Shown here piece after piece: positions 13,103 to 26,159 of a stretch of DNA of 64,000 nt. Position numbers and translations under genes: made by a program. Every line of letters begins with the position of its first letter. Position 1 is the first letter of the stretch. Below the pieces are notes generated by a model. The model ran no database searches. It worked only from the letters and a program-made list of their open reading frames with translations, and was not told the origin of the DNA. Source of the DNA: Scyliorhinus canicula (Eukaryota); NCBI RefSeq assembly GCF_902713615.1, contig NC_052160.1, positions 35,145,202 through 35,209,201 of the forward strand, written 5' to 3'.

Positions 13103-13719
13103 TGTCATGTGGGAGTACCTTTAAGAAATGGGTGTTTATAAAATAGCTGTAGTGAATGTACCTTTAAGAAATGAGTGTTTATCAGTGATATCAGAGTGTG
13201 GGTGGAGTTGAGCTGTCTGTCTGCTTTTACTTTTGCTTTGGGTTGTCTGCTACAGGGTGTGTTTTGGTTTCTTTTTGAGAACTGGATAGCTGCAGGAAAA
13301 GCAAGCAGGTGTATAAGGGTCTCTCTGCAATATAAAGACTGTCTCCAGATCATTTGGGTGATTGCAAAGTGACAACTGCTCTCAGTAGAGAATTTAAACC
13401 TGATCTCTGTGTTAAAAAGGGTCTTTTGTCTTATGGATGTTGCAAGATGGATGTTGACAGATTAAGTGTTACTTATAGAATATTGTATCTGTGGGGATGA
13501 TTGGTGTTGATAGTTGTTAAGATATTTACTGTGGGTTTATAAAGTGTTAACTGGTTTCATAAATAAACATTGTTTTAATTTAAAAGTACTTTAGTTCTCT
13601 GTTTCATCACATCTGTGAAGTGGGCCCTTGGGTTCCCCATAACCACAATCTATTCAAAATTATGGAACAGGTGAACTCCATGATACACTTTGGGGTTCTC
13701 TAAACTCTGGACCGTAATA
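13103..13719 (+). mobile_element. Solo LTR (~620-bp family)
   Basis: Starts TGTCATG and ends CGTAATA (decayed CATAACA). Flanks CCTG/CCTA, internal AATAAA. Homologous to 17057 and 47234. Confidence 0.9.
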
Positions 13720-14559
13720 CCTATGAAATAAGGCGAGTTAACAATTCATGTCAAATTTCTCTTACCCAATACTTGCTCAGTTTGCCTTCAGAGAGGCAGG
13801 AGAAGTGCACTTGCAAAAGACGTTGTTTGGTTCAGGTTGCAAAGCTCATAAGCAGATGTAGCGCAATGTGAGTCCAACTTCTGAACTAAGCGTAGAGTTG
13901 AAACAACTAAAAGTACCTGTGGCAGGCATGAGTTGGCAATACACCGAGTATTGGTATGGCATTTCAGTCATTAACTAACCAGTTGAAAATTCATAGAATT
14001 GGCAGCAGAAGCCATGAGAAGGAAGGGGACAACTATTTTATTGATTTTGACCCACCTGAAAACTGTCTGGAGAAAATAAATGGTAAAAGTCTGCAACTGA
14101 AACTGCTTCTGAGAGAAATAGAAAAAGGCAAGCTCCAATCAATAAGACCTTCACCTAAGTGTCTATTCTAACAGTTATGTCCATATATGCCTAATGAAAT
14201 AGATTAGTGCATTATCTCCACCATTGCCCTCTGCTCTAAATCAACTGCTATGAATATCAATTTGCAATGGACACTCATTTTGCAGCTTTATTGAATCCAC
14301 ATGCCGAGTTGACTCTCAAGACAGTTCAAATCAAAACCTATTTTCTTTGTTCCTTATTCTGTGAAATGCATGTGCAATCGGTTAGGATTTTCCAGCCCCG
14401 TGCACCTCGAGACCAGAAACTTCTGCTCGTGGTCTACTGACATTTCAATGGTCTTGCCAAATTGTCCGTCCCACTTGTGATGATTCCCACGGCAGGCGTG
14501 ACTGGATAATTAACCCCTCTGTGTTTTGCCTGTGCCCCTATGCAAGCATATGAATTCTG

Positions 14560-15430
14560 AGTAGGGGGTTCAAATGTTATAGCTGGCTGTAGACTTTCAA
14601 TGGGTATCTATTCGGACATGGTTCAGCACACCGTGAGTAGCTTACGTAGTCACTGTGTGGGACAGATGTGGTGTTGCCCGAACAAATGCTTCCATCAACT
14701 GTGGTAACTCCTGCCAACCCCTGGTGTGCACCTCCGAGGACATGCTGTCTGGAAGTGGACTGCGGGGGAGTAACAAAGTCATTGATGCCCTCCATCTTTC
14801 CAATTCACCAGCTGGTTGAAACATGAAAAAGAGAGACTGCTGTGAATTGGAGCCCAGCCAGAACATTTGTGAAACTGCATCTAATGTTCTAGCTTCTCAC
14901 CGCAGTCCCACTGCAAGTGGATCAGGAATCGTTATGTCCTGAAACATCATTGTAGCGAAGCAGCCAGCTGTCATCACCAAGCTTTGTGTGGTGTATGGCC
15001 ACATGCTGACGATATGGGAAAGTTGTATGTAGGCATCATGAGGTCTTAATCATTAGGTTTAGCAGTTAAGAGAAGACTAATTCTGGCCCTTTAACTAGCA
15101 GTTCTCATTCCTCAGTGTCATTGCCTGTTGCTGATCCTCAAGGTTACCTGATTACCTTATGTGTTGTCTTGATGTTGTAGCATTAGATGAGAGAGAACTC
15201 GGATTGTCATTCGCTGTGAGGCAAATACTAAAATAGAGAACTGTAGGTATCCTAACTTTTCTAACTGCCATGAGTCCAGAACATGTCTTCTGCCTCTGAG
15301 TCCGTGACCTTTGGACATGGGATACTTCAGTAACTCACAGAGGAGTCGCCTTCAGCCCAGAACAAAGCTTCCTTTGCAAACCATTCTGGAAGAACAATTC
15401 CTGAGTTACATCTTCAGAAGTTTAGTTTCC
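14560..15430 (-). mobile_element. Decayed Gypsy-type pol remnant (RT/RNase H to integrase Zn region)
   Basis: Minus-strand peptides QSTSRQHVLGGAHQGLAGVT...SRCAEPCPNRYPLK (integrase HHCC-like), LMMPTYNF and VFASQRMT occur in Gypsy pol order, with many lesions. Confidence 0.55.
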
Positions 15431-15459
15431 ATCATCCAGGCCTGGTTTAAGGGTTTAAG

Positions 15460-15798
15460 GGTAGCATGGTGGTTAGCATAAATGCTTCACAGCTCCAGGG
15501 TCCCAGGTTCGATTCCCGGCTGGGTCACTGTCTGTGTGGAGTCTGCACGTCCTCCCCCTGTGTGCGTGGGTTTCCTCCGGGACCTCCGGTTTCCTCCCAC
15601 AGTCCAAAGATGTGCGGGTTAGGTGGATTGGCCATGCTAAATTGCCCTTAGTGTCCTAAAAAGTAAGGTTAAGGGGGGGTTGTTGGGTTACGGGTATAGG
15701 GTGGATACGTGGGTTTGAGTAGGGTGATCATCGCTCGGCACAACATTGAGGGCCGAAGGGCCTGTTCTGTGCTGTACTGTTCTATGTTCTATGTTCTA
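15460..15798 (+). mobile_element. HE1 SINE (CR1-tail type)
   Basis: B box GGTTCGATTCCC, V-domain, and 3' GGGCCGAAGGGCCTGTTCTGTGCTGTACTGTTCTATGTTCTATG tail. Confidence 0.95.
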
Positions 15799-16064
15799 AC
15801 TGCAGTGAGCAAAATCTTCAAGTTGCGAATGTGAATCTCTGTTTTCATCGCAAGCCGTGGACAGTCTATTGAGATGCTGTCCACTCAATGTGAATGGTGT
15901 GGGTAGGTGGTATCAATGCAGGGCACCGCATTCTCAACACATTGCGATCATGGTCATTTTAAACACTGGATTTTCAACAATATCAACGTCACTAATTGCG
16001 GGGTGTGCGGGGGCCTCATTATTATTTAAATATTGGGTCAGCGTTGATCCCAAAGTGAGTTGGG

Positions 16065-16500
16065 AATATAGGAACAAAAGAACGGGAACAGGCCATTTAA
16101 TTCCTCATGTCAGTTCCACAATTCAGCGCGATCATGACTGATGTGCATCTTCAATTCATTCCGCTATATGCTGCAAATACCCTTGGCTAGTAAAAATGTA
16201 TTAATCTTCACTTTAAAATTATTAATTGAACCAGCATGTACTGTTTTTCGGGGGAATAGAGCTGCACACTAATAGCACTTCAGCATGAAGCAGTGTTTCA
16301 TAGATTTTCTCCTGAATGGCCTGGCTCTGACTTTAAGGACAAGGTTATGTTTCCCTTGTCCTAGATCCATGCCCCCTGCCCTCCCCCTCCCCCCACACCC
16401 CCACCCCCCCTCAACCAGAAAAAACATTTTTCCTCTATCGATCCGAGCAATTCCTTTCCAAACCTTAAAACCCTCAATTTGAAACACTATCCGTATCCAG
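16065..16500 (-). mobile_element. Decayed CR1 3' fragment
   Basis: Minus-strand translation FKVWKGIARIDRGKMFFLV...HNLVLKVRARPFRRKSMKHCF plus a CR1-like 3' UTR. Confidence 0.75.
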
Positions 16501-16869
16501 GGAATTCAACTGCTGAATGCAGCAGTAAATCCCAGTACCAAAGCTGTCAGTAAAATGTGGTGACGTGCCAAAGTGGGTCCAGCAGTGGGACGGGAAAGTT
16601 CAGCAGACTCTCTGACTTGCTTGATGTCCCGTGCTCACATTTAGTTTGTTCCCCACACATTGTGAATGCTGGCACCTATTTCAATGAACTGTCCTCAGAA
16701 AATGATGCAAGGGCATTTGCATGATGTGCTGTTCCCACTAGCACTGCGATGGGACAGCATAGTTGTGCCAAAGAGTTAGCTTGAAGCAGAAACCATCTGT
16801 GCCTTGACTGCCAGACGTTCTCACAATTTAAGCATTACTTTTATGATAATGCTAGCACACACTGACTCA

Positions 16870-17907
16870 GAGGAAACAGTGGCATAGTGGTTAGGACCCT
16901 GGGCTATTAATCCAGAGGACAGGCCAGTGCTCTGGGGACATGTGTTGAAATTGTAGTATGGCAGTGAGTGGAATTTAAAGTTCAATCAATAACAAATTTA
17001 ATTCTGGAATTGCAAACTAGTCTCAGTAATGGTGAGCATGAAAATATCATCAGACGTGTCATGTGAGAGTACCTTTAAGAAATGGGTGTTTATAAATGGG
17101 TGTGTAGTTCAGTATCTGTAGTGAGAGTACCTTTAAGAAATAGGTGTTTATTACTGCAGTGATGTCAGAGAGTGGGTGGAGCTGGGCTGTCTGTCAGCTT
17201 TTTACTTTTGTTTTAGGCTGTTTGCTGCAGGGTGTGTTTTAGTTTCGTTTTCAGAACTGGATAGCTGCAGTCACAGCCAGAAGGTGTATGAGAGTCTCTC
17301 TCTCTGTAATCTAAAAACTGTAAATCAATCCTGGTAATTTAAAACTAATAACAGTAGTGACTTTAACCTGATGTGCTTCTGGTAAAAGGTGTTTTAAGTC
17401 TTGTGGATGTTGAAAGGAAAGCTTGAAGGATTACTTAGTGTTGTATTCTTTGGGGGTTGTATTTGAATTAATGGTTGCTAAGATGTTCACTGTATGTTTT
17501 AAATAGGTTAACTTGAGTTCATAGAATAAACATTGTTTAGCTTTGAAAAATACTTTTCAATTTTTGCTCTACCACACCTGTAGAGTGGGCCGTGTGCTCC
17601 CCATACCACAATCTAGTAAGTTGTGGGTCAGGTGAACTCCATGATACACTTTGGAGTTCTCGAAACTCTGGCCCATAACAGACATCATAAAAACCCATCT
17701 TGGTCACTAATGCCCCCTTTATGGAAGGAAGTCTGCTGCTATTACTCAGTCTGGCCTACAGACCCTAGACCCATAGCAGTGTGATTGATGCTTATCTGCC
17801 CCCTGAAATGGCCATGCAATCAACTCAGTTCAATGTTAATTAGAGCTGGGAAACAAATGCTGACCTTGCCAGTGAGGCCAACATCTCATGAAAGAACAAA
17901 TAAAAAA
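16870..17907 (+). mobile_element. SlmI/MetaSINE-like SINE interrupted by a solo LTR
   Basis: Head GTGGCATAGTGGTT, then GTCTCAGTAATGGTGAGCATGAA [LTR] CATAAAAACCCATCT...AAATGCTGACCTTGCCAGTGAGGCCAACATCTCATGAAAGAA. Confidence 0.82.
17057..17680 (+). mobile_element. Solo LTR (~620-bp family)
   Basis: TGTCATG...CATAACA, flanks GACG/GACA, and a duplicated 30-bp unit GTGAGAGTACCTTTAAGAAATRGGTGTTTA near the 5' end. Confidence 0.93.
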
Positions 17908-19035
17908 GATACTTGTGTGCAGGATGTATCATGGCCATTTCACATCACTTGTAAAAGTCGTTACATTTTAAAAATCTAAATTGCAGCACCGCACTGTTTT
18001 TTTTCCCATTCCAGCACTTTAACCTCACTTGGTTGAAGCATGTGTTTGCTCCGTTAAGGGTATATCTAATAATCGAATCAGAAAACATGTTTACTTCATT
18101 GAAAGCTGTCTATGCCAAAAAGACCTTATACGTCAAACTGCTGCCGACGCAAAATAGTTATTTATTAAACTGACTCTAATTCTGATTGATTCCATATGCT
18201 CCCGGCCAATTTTGCAGCATTGAATCTTTAAACCACCTTTAACACTCTAAAAAAAGTCCCATGAATTTCAGAACAGTTAGTACATTACCTCGCAATGCTT
18301 AAGTTGTTATCTGTTTTCCCAGTAAACATGCATAATAAACAATTTTTTTGTTTTCATTCGACACCAGCCAAGACAGCTTTTTGATTCACTCATCCTGCTC
18401 TAATTCTCAGATGGAATGGTGTAATTACATCACACTTGCTCTCCAACTTAGCTTGGTCTGTGAATTCACTTAATAATGTACCATATGGTGTTCCACAATA
18501 AGTGTACAGTTGCTGCCCAATGCTTACGCCAACTCTCACCTGACAACCAATTTGCATGCCGTACATATGGAATGGGAGACACTTTGCAATGAATAAGGCC
18601 ACTGCTGGATCACTGTTTCGATAAATGATCAGTGGGCCTCCTTCTATTAACCTACAGTAATGGGCCTACTTCTACCCGTGTCATTCTCAGCACGCCAGGG
18701 TTGTGTGGCACAAGGCCACTGACTATTTTGTCATGTAATCAAGATGTGACAGATGCTCAATATCTGGATTTGCATGAGATTATAAATGCTGCTTTCCCAC
18801 CACATTCTAGTTTCAAGACCCAGTGCCCTCAGTCAATTTGATTAGAGTGCCTCATCCTTACTTATTTCACCTTTATACAAAAGGAATCCATTGCACTTTA
18901 CAACGTATTTCTGTTGTGGAACAGCAGCATTCATAGGTATCTTTTCTCCTACCTTGCTGCAACAACATCCAAGCATTTCTAAATTGGCCTTTCAAGGTGT
19001 GCATCACAGCTTGGAGGTTAAAGGTTAGAGGTCAG

Positions 19036-19315
19036 TGATGTACCATCAATTCGACTAAAGACACAATTAGGATCCGAACTGTGGCTTTAATCAGCTGGTT
19101 GTTAGCCCGGTGGTCGACTACAGAGAAAGGCCGACCGCCGGGAACTCTGGGTACTTATACCCCGCCTCAGAGGCGGGGCCTACTTGCTCTCGACCAATTG
19201 GAGAGCAGTCACATGACTAGTCCCAACCAATCGGATGAGAGGCACATGACCAGTCAGAGCCAATGGGAAGCCAGTGCTCTGCACCAATGGCAGTGCTCAT
19301 ATCCATACCACCACA
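19036..19315 (-). mobile_element. Short solo LTR (280 bp)
   Basis: TG...CA termini with exact GTCAG TSD (19031-19035, 19316-19320). Repeated CCAAT boxes, and TATAAG and ATTAAA on the minus strand. Confidence 0.88.
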
Positions 19316-19977
19316 GTCAGCATGCCATTTGTTCACTGGTTATTTTATAGCGGCACAATCCACATCTAAATGCAGCTGGGAGCAGTCTCAAACATCCACT
19401 TGTGCTGTGCACTTGCATAAACACATGTGGAATATTAACAAAAATATCCCCAAACTGATTTGCTCAACCTCGATCGCTATTTAGTTGATTCCACATGCCA
19501 CTCAATCTTAAGTGTTGAGTTTTGGAGCGAACTAATTGGAAACAACGAACATAAAGGCATTCTATCCGAGAATCTGACCAAAACTGAAAAGGTCTTTGGG
19601 GTTTGCAACAAAATCATGATCTGCTCCCCCTCAGGTCTTTATTGAATTCAGTCTGCTCTTGGTCCAAATGGATCAGTGCATTTCACTGAAAGAATAAATG
19701 TGAAAAAATTTTGACAGTGGAGTTCATGCCCTTACCACATCATCTGTCTAAACCAGAGCCTGAAAAAAGTTAACATGCCCAGAACGACATGGCATTGCCT
19801 TTGACTGAGCATGAGCAGGTTTCGAGAATCAAGTTTCATTCGCTTTCCATCAATTACAAGATTTGACTTTTCCAAGTATCATAATTGTCTTATTTTTACT
19901 TTCGCTAAAATCTCTGCATTTCTATGAACAGAGTACAAGCAACTGGTTCTGAAGAAACGCCCTTGTCCTGAAATATT

Positions 19978-20158
19978 GGCCAGAATTCTCCGGATCACCA
20001 GCCGCATGTTTCTTGGCCACGCGCCTTTCGCCCGCAGCGGGATTCTGTCTTCCTGCCGCTTGTCAATGGGATTTCCCATTGTAAGCACTCCATGCTACCG
20101 CAAAACCCGCTGGCGGGGGTCTGCTGCCGGTGGGAAAACTGAATTGCAATGGCCGGAG
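19978..20158. mobile_element. Family A MITE with its right TIR truncated at the L1 junction
   Basis: Left TIR GGCCAGAATTCTCC and central CAATGGGATTTCCCATTG. Colinear with 41829-42032. Confidence 0.8.
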
Positions 20159-20159
20159 G

Positions 20160-22539
20160 GAGGTGGTGGAGTGTGTGGGGGCAATGCAGTCGGGGAAGGA
20201 CCCATTCCCGGACCCGGATGGGTTCCCTGCGGAGCTTTATAAGAGGTTTGGGTTGGAGCTGGGGTCCCAGTTAGTGGAGCTGTACAATTAGTTGGTGGGG
20301 AGGAGTGAGCCCCCCCCCCCCCCCCCCCCCCCACCCCCAATGCTGCGTCAGGCGTGTATCTTGCTCATTGTAAAGACCCAGAGCAGTGTGGGTCATACCG
20401 GCCGACGTGAAGCTATTGGCGAAGGTGCTGGCAGTCCGGATAGAGAATGGTGTGTCGGGGTGATAGGGGAGGACCAGATGGGGTTCATGAAGTGGCGGCA
20501 GCATTCGGCAAATGTAAGGTTATTGTCTGTGAATATGATGCTCTTGACAGGCCGGGAGGTGGAGGTGTTTGTGTCTATGGATGTGGAGAAGACGTTTGAC
20601 CAGGTGGCTTGGCCATGCTTATACAAGGTGCTGTGGAGGTTTGGGTTCGGGCAAACCTCCCGGGTTTGTTGACTGGGTAAGATTGTTGTATGGGGCTCCT
20701 GAGGAGGTAGAGCAGACCAATAGTGTCAATTCTGAGTATTTTGGATTGCATCGGGGATGAGACCGGGGTGGCTGCTCTCCCCTTTGCTCTCTGCCCTAGT
20801 GATTGAACCATTGGCAATGGCACTTAGGGCATTGGGGTGGGGGGGGGGGGGGGGGGGGAGGTGGGGCTGGTGGAGCACTGAATCTCTATATGCTGATGAC
20901 CTCCTGTTATAGGTTGCAAGCCCAGAGGAAAGTTTTGACAGGATTATGGGGATCTTGGGGGAGTTCAAACTTTTTTCAGCGTTGAAGCTCAATATGGGTA
21001 AAAGTGAGGTATTCCCAATTAACACCCGGGGATTGGGGGGAGGGGGATGGCAGTGGTGATGGTGCGGGGGGGTGGGGGGGGTGGAGTTTAGGGAGGTTTC
21101 CGTTTCGGTTGGTAGAGGTGGGTTTTCGCTATCTTGGGATACAGGTGGCGCAGAGCTATGTTCAGCTGCACAAGTTGAATCTGGCAAAACTGGTGGAGGG
21201 AATGAAGGAGTGACTTTAGGAGGTGGGATGTGTTTCCTTTGTCGTTGGTTGGAAGGGTGCAGACGGTAAAGATGACGGCACTCCCGTAGTTTTTGTTCGT
21301 GTTTCAGAATCTCCCGATCTTCGTGCCCAAGTCTTTTTTTCGCAGGGCGAATAAGATGATTCTGAGGTGTGTGTGGGCAAGGTTCCCCGGACTGAGAGGG
21401 TGTTCCTGGAAAGGGGGGCTGACGCTGCCGAATCTGCGGAATGGTTATTGGACGGAGAATATAGCTATGGTTCGGAAGTGGGCGGTGGAGGAGAGGTCGT
21501 GCGGGAGCAGATGGAGGAGGCCTCGTGTAAAGTGACCAGTCTGAGGGCACTATTGTTGGCACCTCTTTTGTTTTCACCGGCCATGTACTCCACGAGCCCG
21601 GTGATGGGATTATGTGTTGAGGGTGTGGAATCAATGTCGGCAGCACTGTAGAATGGCAGGCAGGTCCCTGTGGATGCTGGTTTGTGACAACCACAGGTTT
21701 GTTCTGGCAATGCTGGATGCAAGGTTTCGGGGGTGGGGGCATTTGGGGTTTGAGTATTTTGGGGATCTGTTTGTGGGGGTAAGTTTGCAGAATTGAAGGA
21801 GCTTCAGGAGGTGTACTTGCTGCTGAAGGGGTACGGGTTAAGGTATCTGCAGGTAAGGGACTGCTTGAAGAAGGATTTGGGTTTGTTCCCGCAGCTGCCG
21901 TTTCCAGTCCTACAGGACAAGCTTCTGTCCGAGTACGAGATAGATGAGGGCAACGTGCCAGATATATATGGTGAGCTGAGGGAAAGGGAGGGTGCTCCAG
22001 TGAAGGTCCAGTGCAAGTGGGAGGAGGTGTTGGGAGGGGCGATGCAAGCTGGGATGTGGAGTGAGGCGCTGCAGAGGATAAACTTGTCTTTGTCGTGTGG
22101 AGGACTGACTTTAAGGTGGTGCATACGGCTCATATGACGGGGTGTAGGATGAGTTGTTTTTTTCCCAGGGGTGGAAGATAGGTGTGGGTGGTGTGCAGTA
22201 GTCTGGCGAACCATGTCCATATGTTTTGGGCATGTCCTTTGTTGGAGCAGTTATGGAAAGAGTTTGCGAATGTAATGTCGAAGATCTTGGAGGTGAAGGT
22301 GGCGCCGAGCCCATGGGTGGCAATATTTGGGGTGTTGGACCAGGAGTGCAGGTGGGGAGAGAGGCTGCCATGGTAGCCTTGGCCTCCCTGATAGCTGGAG
22401 GTTGGGGGGTCTGAGTATAAAAGGAGGAAGTGAGGGGGCAGTACAGGGGAATCAGTGCAATAGTGCATGGTTAACTGTTGCTGTTCACCTGTTTCTGTTC
22501 TCCACATATTTGAAAATTCGGCAATAAAATATTGAAAAA
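20160..22539 (+). mobile_element. 5'-truncated L1/Tx1-clade LINE ORF2 (RT plus C-terminal Cys-rich region), pseudogenised
   Basis: PGPDGFPAELYKRF, KLLAKVLAVRIE, DQMGFMK, SMDVEKTFDQV, YADDLLL, FRYLGIQV, LTLPNL and HVHMFWACP across shifted frames. AATAAA and an A-rich end at ~22523-22539. Confidence 0.92.
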
Positions 22540-22624
22540 CCCCCCACTGAAACCAAGACCGTGCTGGAATTCGAAAGTGGCTGGTTTGCAGGGCAAGAAA
22601 TCAGTACTTTAATTCAATTAATTA

Positions 22625-23107
22625 GATGGCCTCCCAATCTCCGAGGCCCCCGACCCCGGTGGCAATGCAGGGTGCCAGTCTGGCAGAGCCAGGGTAGCAT
22701 TAGCAGTGCCAGGGTGCCAACCTGCCCAAAAGGCATGCACCTCCGATCCCCTAGGAGACCCCCACGAGTGCCGTTCTATCTGGTCCCCGTTTATGGAGAC
22801 CAGCACTGATCGGTGCCCGCACGAGGTCTCCGAGGTGAGGGAGATTGATCCCATGTCTCTGGTAACTCAGGAAACTGCAAATTAAAGTGAGACTAGCCGT
22901 CTTGCTTTAATATGCAGATTTGGTAAAAAGTGATCTCGCCCACAATGGGCGGGATTCACATCTCAACGTCTTGCGAGATCATGTTAGTTCTCGCGAGGTA
23001 TTGTGAGCCGGGCAGATGCCAGGAGCGGGATCTCTCAGCTTTTGTTCAGCCACGTTGTGCCACGGCGAGCTGCTTTTCAGGTGCAGCGTGGCCATTAAAT
23101 CACGCCC
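22625..23107. mobile_element. Partial Harbinger-like MITE (family D)
   Basis: Ends ATTAAATCACGCCC. Its reverse complement aligns with the left arm of the 37524-41702 element across the hAT insertion. Confidence 0.75.
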
Positions 23108-23317
23108 GTTCTCGTGATATAAATAGAACCTCAAGAACCATTTCCGGTTGCAAACGCAATGAAACTGAAGAGCCGCTCCCAAAGAAAAGCATCAAATTAG
23201 TTTAACGAAAAATTAGTTTTTCGAAAAAAACCTTTGCAACCACGACTTCTTCGCTTCAAGGTACTTCGCTGATGGTCTCCCCCAGTCCAATCTTGAAGTC
23301 TCAAAGTGACAAGTTGC

Positions 23318-24813
23318 CGTTATATTCATGCACTATGATAATAAATGAATCAGTGTACAACAGAACATCGAGTTCAAGACTAGTTATTTAATGCTGAAGA
23401 AACTGTGGGTAGACTAAACTATTGCTAACCAAACTGTGGAGCTTCTAACCATGCTACCAACAGCTTCTGTGCCTCTGGTCAAGACTGCTTTTGTCCAGTT
23501 CCAGTGCCCTGTACCTCTTAGAACATAAGAACATAAGAACTAGGAGCAGGAGTAGGCCATCTGGCCCCTCGAGCCTGCTCCGCCATTCAATGAGATCATG
23601 GCTGATCTTTTGTGGACTCAGCTCCACTTTCCGGCCCGAACACCATAACCCTTAATCCCCTTTTTCTTCAAAAAACGATCTATCTTTACCTTAAAAACAT
23701 TTAATGAAGGAGCCTCAACTGCTTCGCTGGGCAAGGAATTCCATAGATTCACAACCCTTTGGGTGAAGAGGTTCCTCCTAAACTCAGTCCTAAATCTACT
23801 TCCCTTATTTTGAGGTTATGTCCCCTAGTTCTGCTTTCACCCGCCAGTGTAAACAACCTGCCCGCATCTATCCTATCTATTCCCTTCCTAATTTTAAATG
23901 TTTCGATAAGATCCCCCCTCATCCTTCTAAATTCCAACGAGTACAGTCCCAGTCTACTCAACCTCTCCTCATAATCCAACCCCTTCAGCTCTGGGATTAA
24001 CCTCGTGAATCGCCTCTGCACACCCTCCAGTGCCAGTACGTCCTTTCTCAAGTAAGGAGACCAAAACTGAACACAATACTCCAGGTGTGGCCTCACTAAC
24101 ACCTTATACAATTGCAGCATAACCTCCCTAGTCTTAAACTCCATCCCTCTAGCAATGAAGGACAAAATTCCATTTGCCTTCTTAATCACCTGTTGCACCT
24201 GTAAACCAACTTTCTGTGACTCATGCACTAGCACACCCAGGTCTCTCTGCACAGCAGCATGCTTTAATATTTTATTGTTTAAATAATAATCCCGTTTGCT
24301 GTTATTCCTACCAAAATGGATAACCTCACATTTGTCAACGTTGTATTCCATTTTCCAGACCCTAGCCCATTCACTTAACCTATCCAAATCCCTCTGCAGA
24401 CTTCCAGTATCCTCTGCACTTTTCGCTTTACCACTCATCTTAGTGTCATCTGCAAACTTGGACACATTTCCCTTGGTCGCCAACTCCAAATCATCTATGT
24501 AGATTGTGAACAATTGTGGGCCCAACACGGATCCCTGAGGGACACCACTAGCTACTGATCGCCAACCAGAGAAGCACCCATTAATCCCCACTCTTTGCTT
24601 TCTATTAATTAACCAATCCTCTATCCATGCTACTACTTCACCCTTAATGCCATGCATCTTTATCTTATGCAGCAGCCTTTTGTGTGGCACCTTGTCAAAA
24701 GCTTTCTGGAAATCCAGATATACCACATCCATTGTATGACACCTAGTGGTCGGAGGCCATATACACTTGTTATATACACTGTTTTATATACACTGTTATT
24801 GCATATCATTACA
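23318..24813. mobile_element. Short solo LTR split by a CR1 insertion
   Basis: Exact GTTGC TSD at 23313-23317 and 24814-24818, termini CGTTATA/CATTACA. The right end resembles the LTR at 45232-45572. Confidence 0.78.
23519..24734 (-). mobile_element. Young 5'-truncated CR1 LINE with a 327-codon open RT C-terminal frame
   Basis: DVVYLDFQKAFDKVPH, SGVPQGSVLGP, FADDTK and RPHLEYCVQFWSP, with one frameshift near HNLKIR and a (TTCTTATG)n tail. Confidence 0.97.
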
Positions 24814-26031
24814 GTTGCACTGAGAAGTTGCCTGGTACCCATCAGCTTCCCTACCTGCTTTATGTATGGCCGCATTTCAAATTTGTGAGGGGGCTTTGCA
24901 GCCAGAATGGATGACCAATTAGCACAATCTGACTGAAAGTTAACACTGACCTTATTATTTTTTGTATTTTACTGATGTAATGTTGTCACCATTTTTTTCT
25001 GTATTGTTGCCTTTTTAATTAACCATGCAAGAGAGCAGACAAGAAACCTCTCTCTGTACCTAGGAAGAGCACTGTGGGCTAACTGATTCTTCTTTCCTCC
25101 CTATATCGGCTTGTCCCCAAAGGCTGTTTTGAGCTTGAGAAGTCATGGTGCAGATGCAGCGAAAGTTCTTCAAGCCAGCCCTTCAAAGTGCAACATAATG
25201 ATGCAGCAATATGTTACAGCACAATGTACGCAGCTGTCTGTGTATTTTAATAAAAATTAGATCAAGCTAATCTCTTCTTCAAGATAGTCTCTTCTTTTTT
25301 TTGAAGTGCAACTATAGTCAAAATATTGTCTGAAATGAGAAAAAGGTAAATAAATAGAGTTCAAGCATCACCTTTCTAATATTATTTGGAAAGCATGAAT
25401 TATGAACAACAATGCCGTTGTAAGATAATAGTGTTCAGAAAATTGCATAGAAGAAAAATAATTATTTTACAACAATATTTTTATAGTAATTCATGTTTTC
25501 CAAATAATATTAAAAAAGAAAGCTACTTTTGTAGTTTAGTTATGCTTATGTATCTTTTCTGCAGTCCATTGTATGGCAAAGTATATTATTCAACTCTAAA
25601 GCCAAATTTTTACAATTAAGTTGTTGTCACTGCTATCGGTAGTTTCAAAATCTCTAGTTTATGTGTGACTCTCGTTTTGTAGTTTAAATTAATATGTTCT
25701 TCAGCATTTTCTGCTAAAATTGATGGAAGCCATTTTAATAAAAACTAAACCAGTATAATTGGAAACCAGTGAGATTAGTTAAGTAGACAGCCTTAATTGT
25801 GAGACAATTAAAGAATAAGTAATTCATTAATATAAAGGCTGGAAATATAATCTGGAATACAAATGTTTGTGACTATTATAATTATAAACATATTATTAAC
25901 ACTTGATTATTAACACAGAGTAAGTGTCGTGAGAATAAGATTGTGTGCTTCTCAGGCCACAGAATAAATGACAGAGGCTATGTTGACCAATTATTGCTCA
26001 ACATTCAAGCCTACCTCAAGGTGAGAGAATG

Positions 26032-26159
26032 GGGTGAGATCTTCTAGCTGTTCACACCAACGGAATCGTCCGGTTGACAGTGGTGGATCAGAAGATCCTG
26101 ACACCGGCCAACAGCGGGCTGCCTCTCAATGGCCACGGGGAAGCCAGAAAATCCTGCCC
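26032..26159. mobile_element. Internally deleted family A-like MITE
   Basis: GGGTGAGATCTTCT / AGAAAATCCTGCCC termini, flanks ATG/ATA. Resembles 61342-61536 in reverse orientation. Confidence 0.6.

Noticed and set aside
20726-21742. 338-aa Pro/His-rich minus-strand ORF
   Set aside because: It is the antisense of a G-rich L1-like ORF2, and its composition explains the lack of stops.
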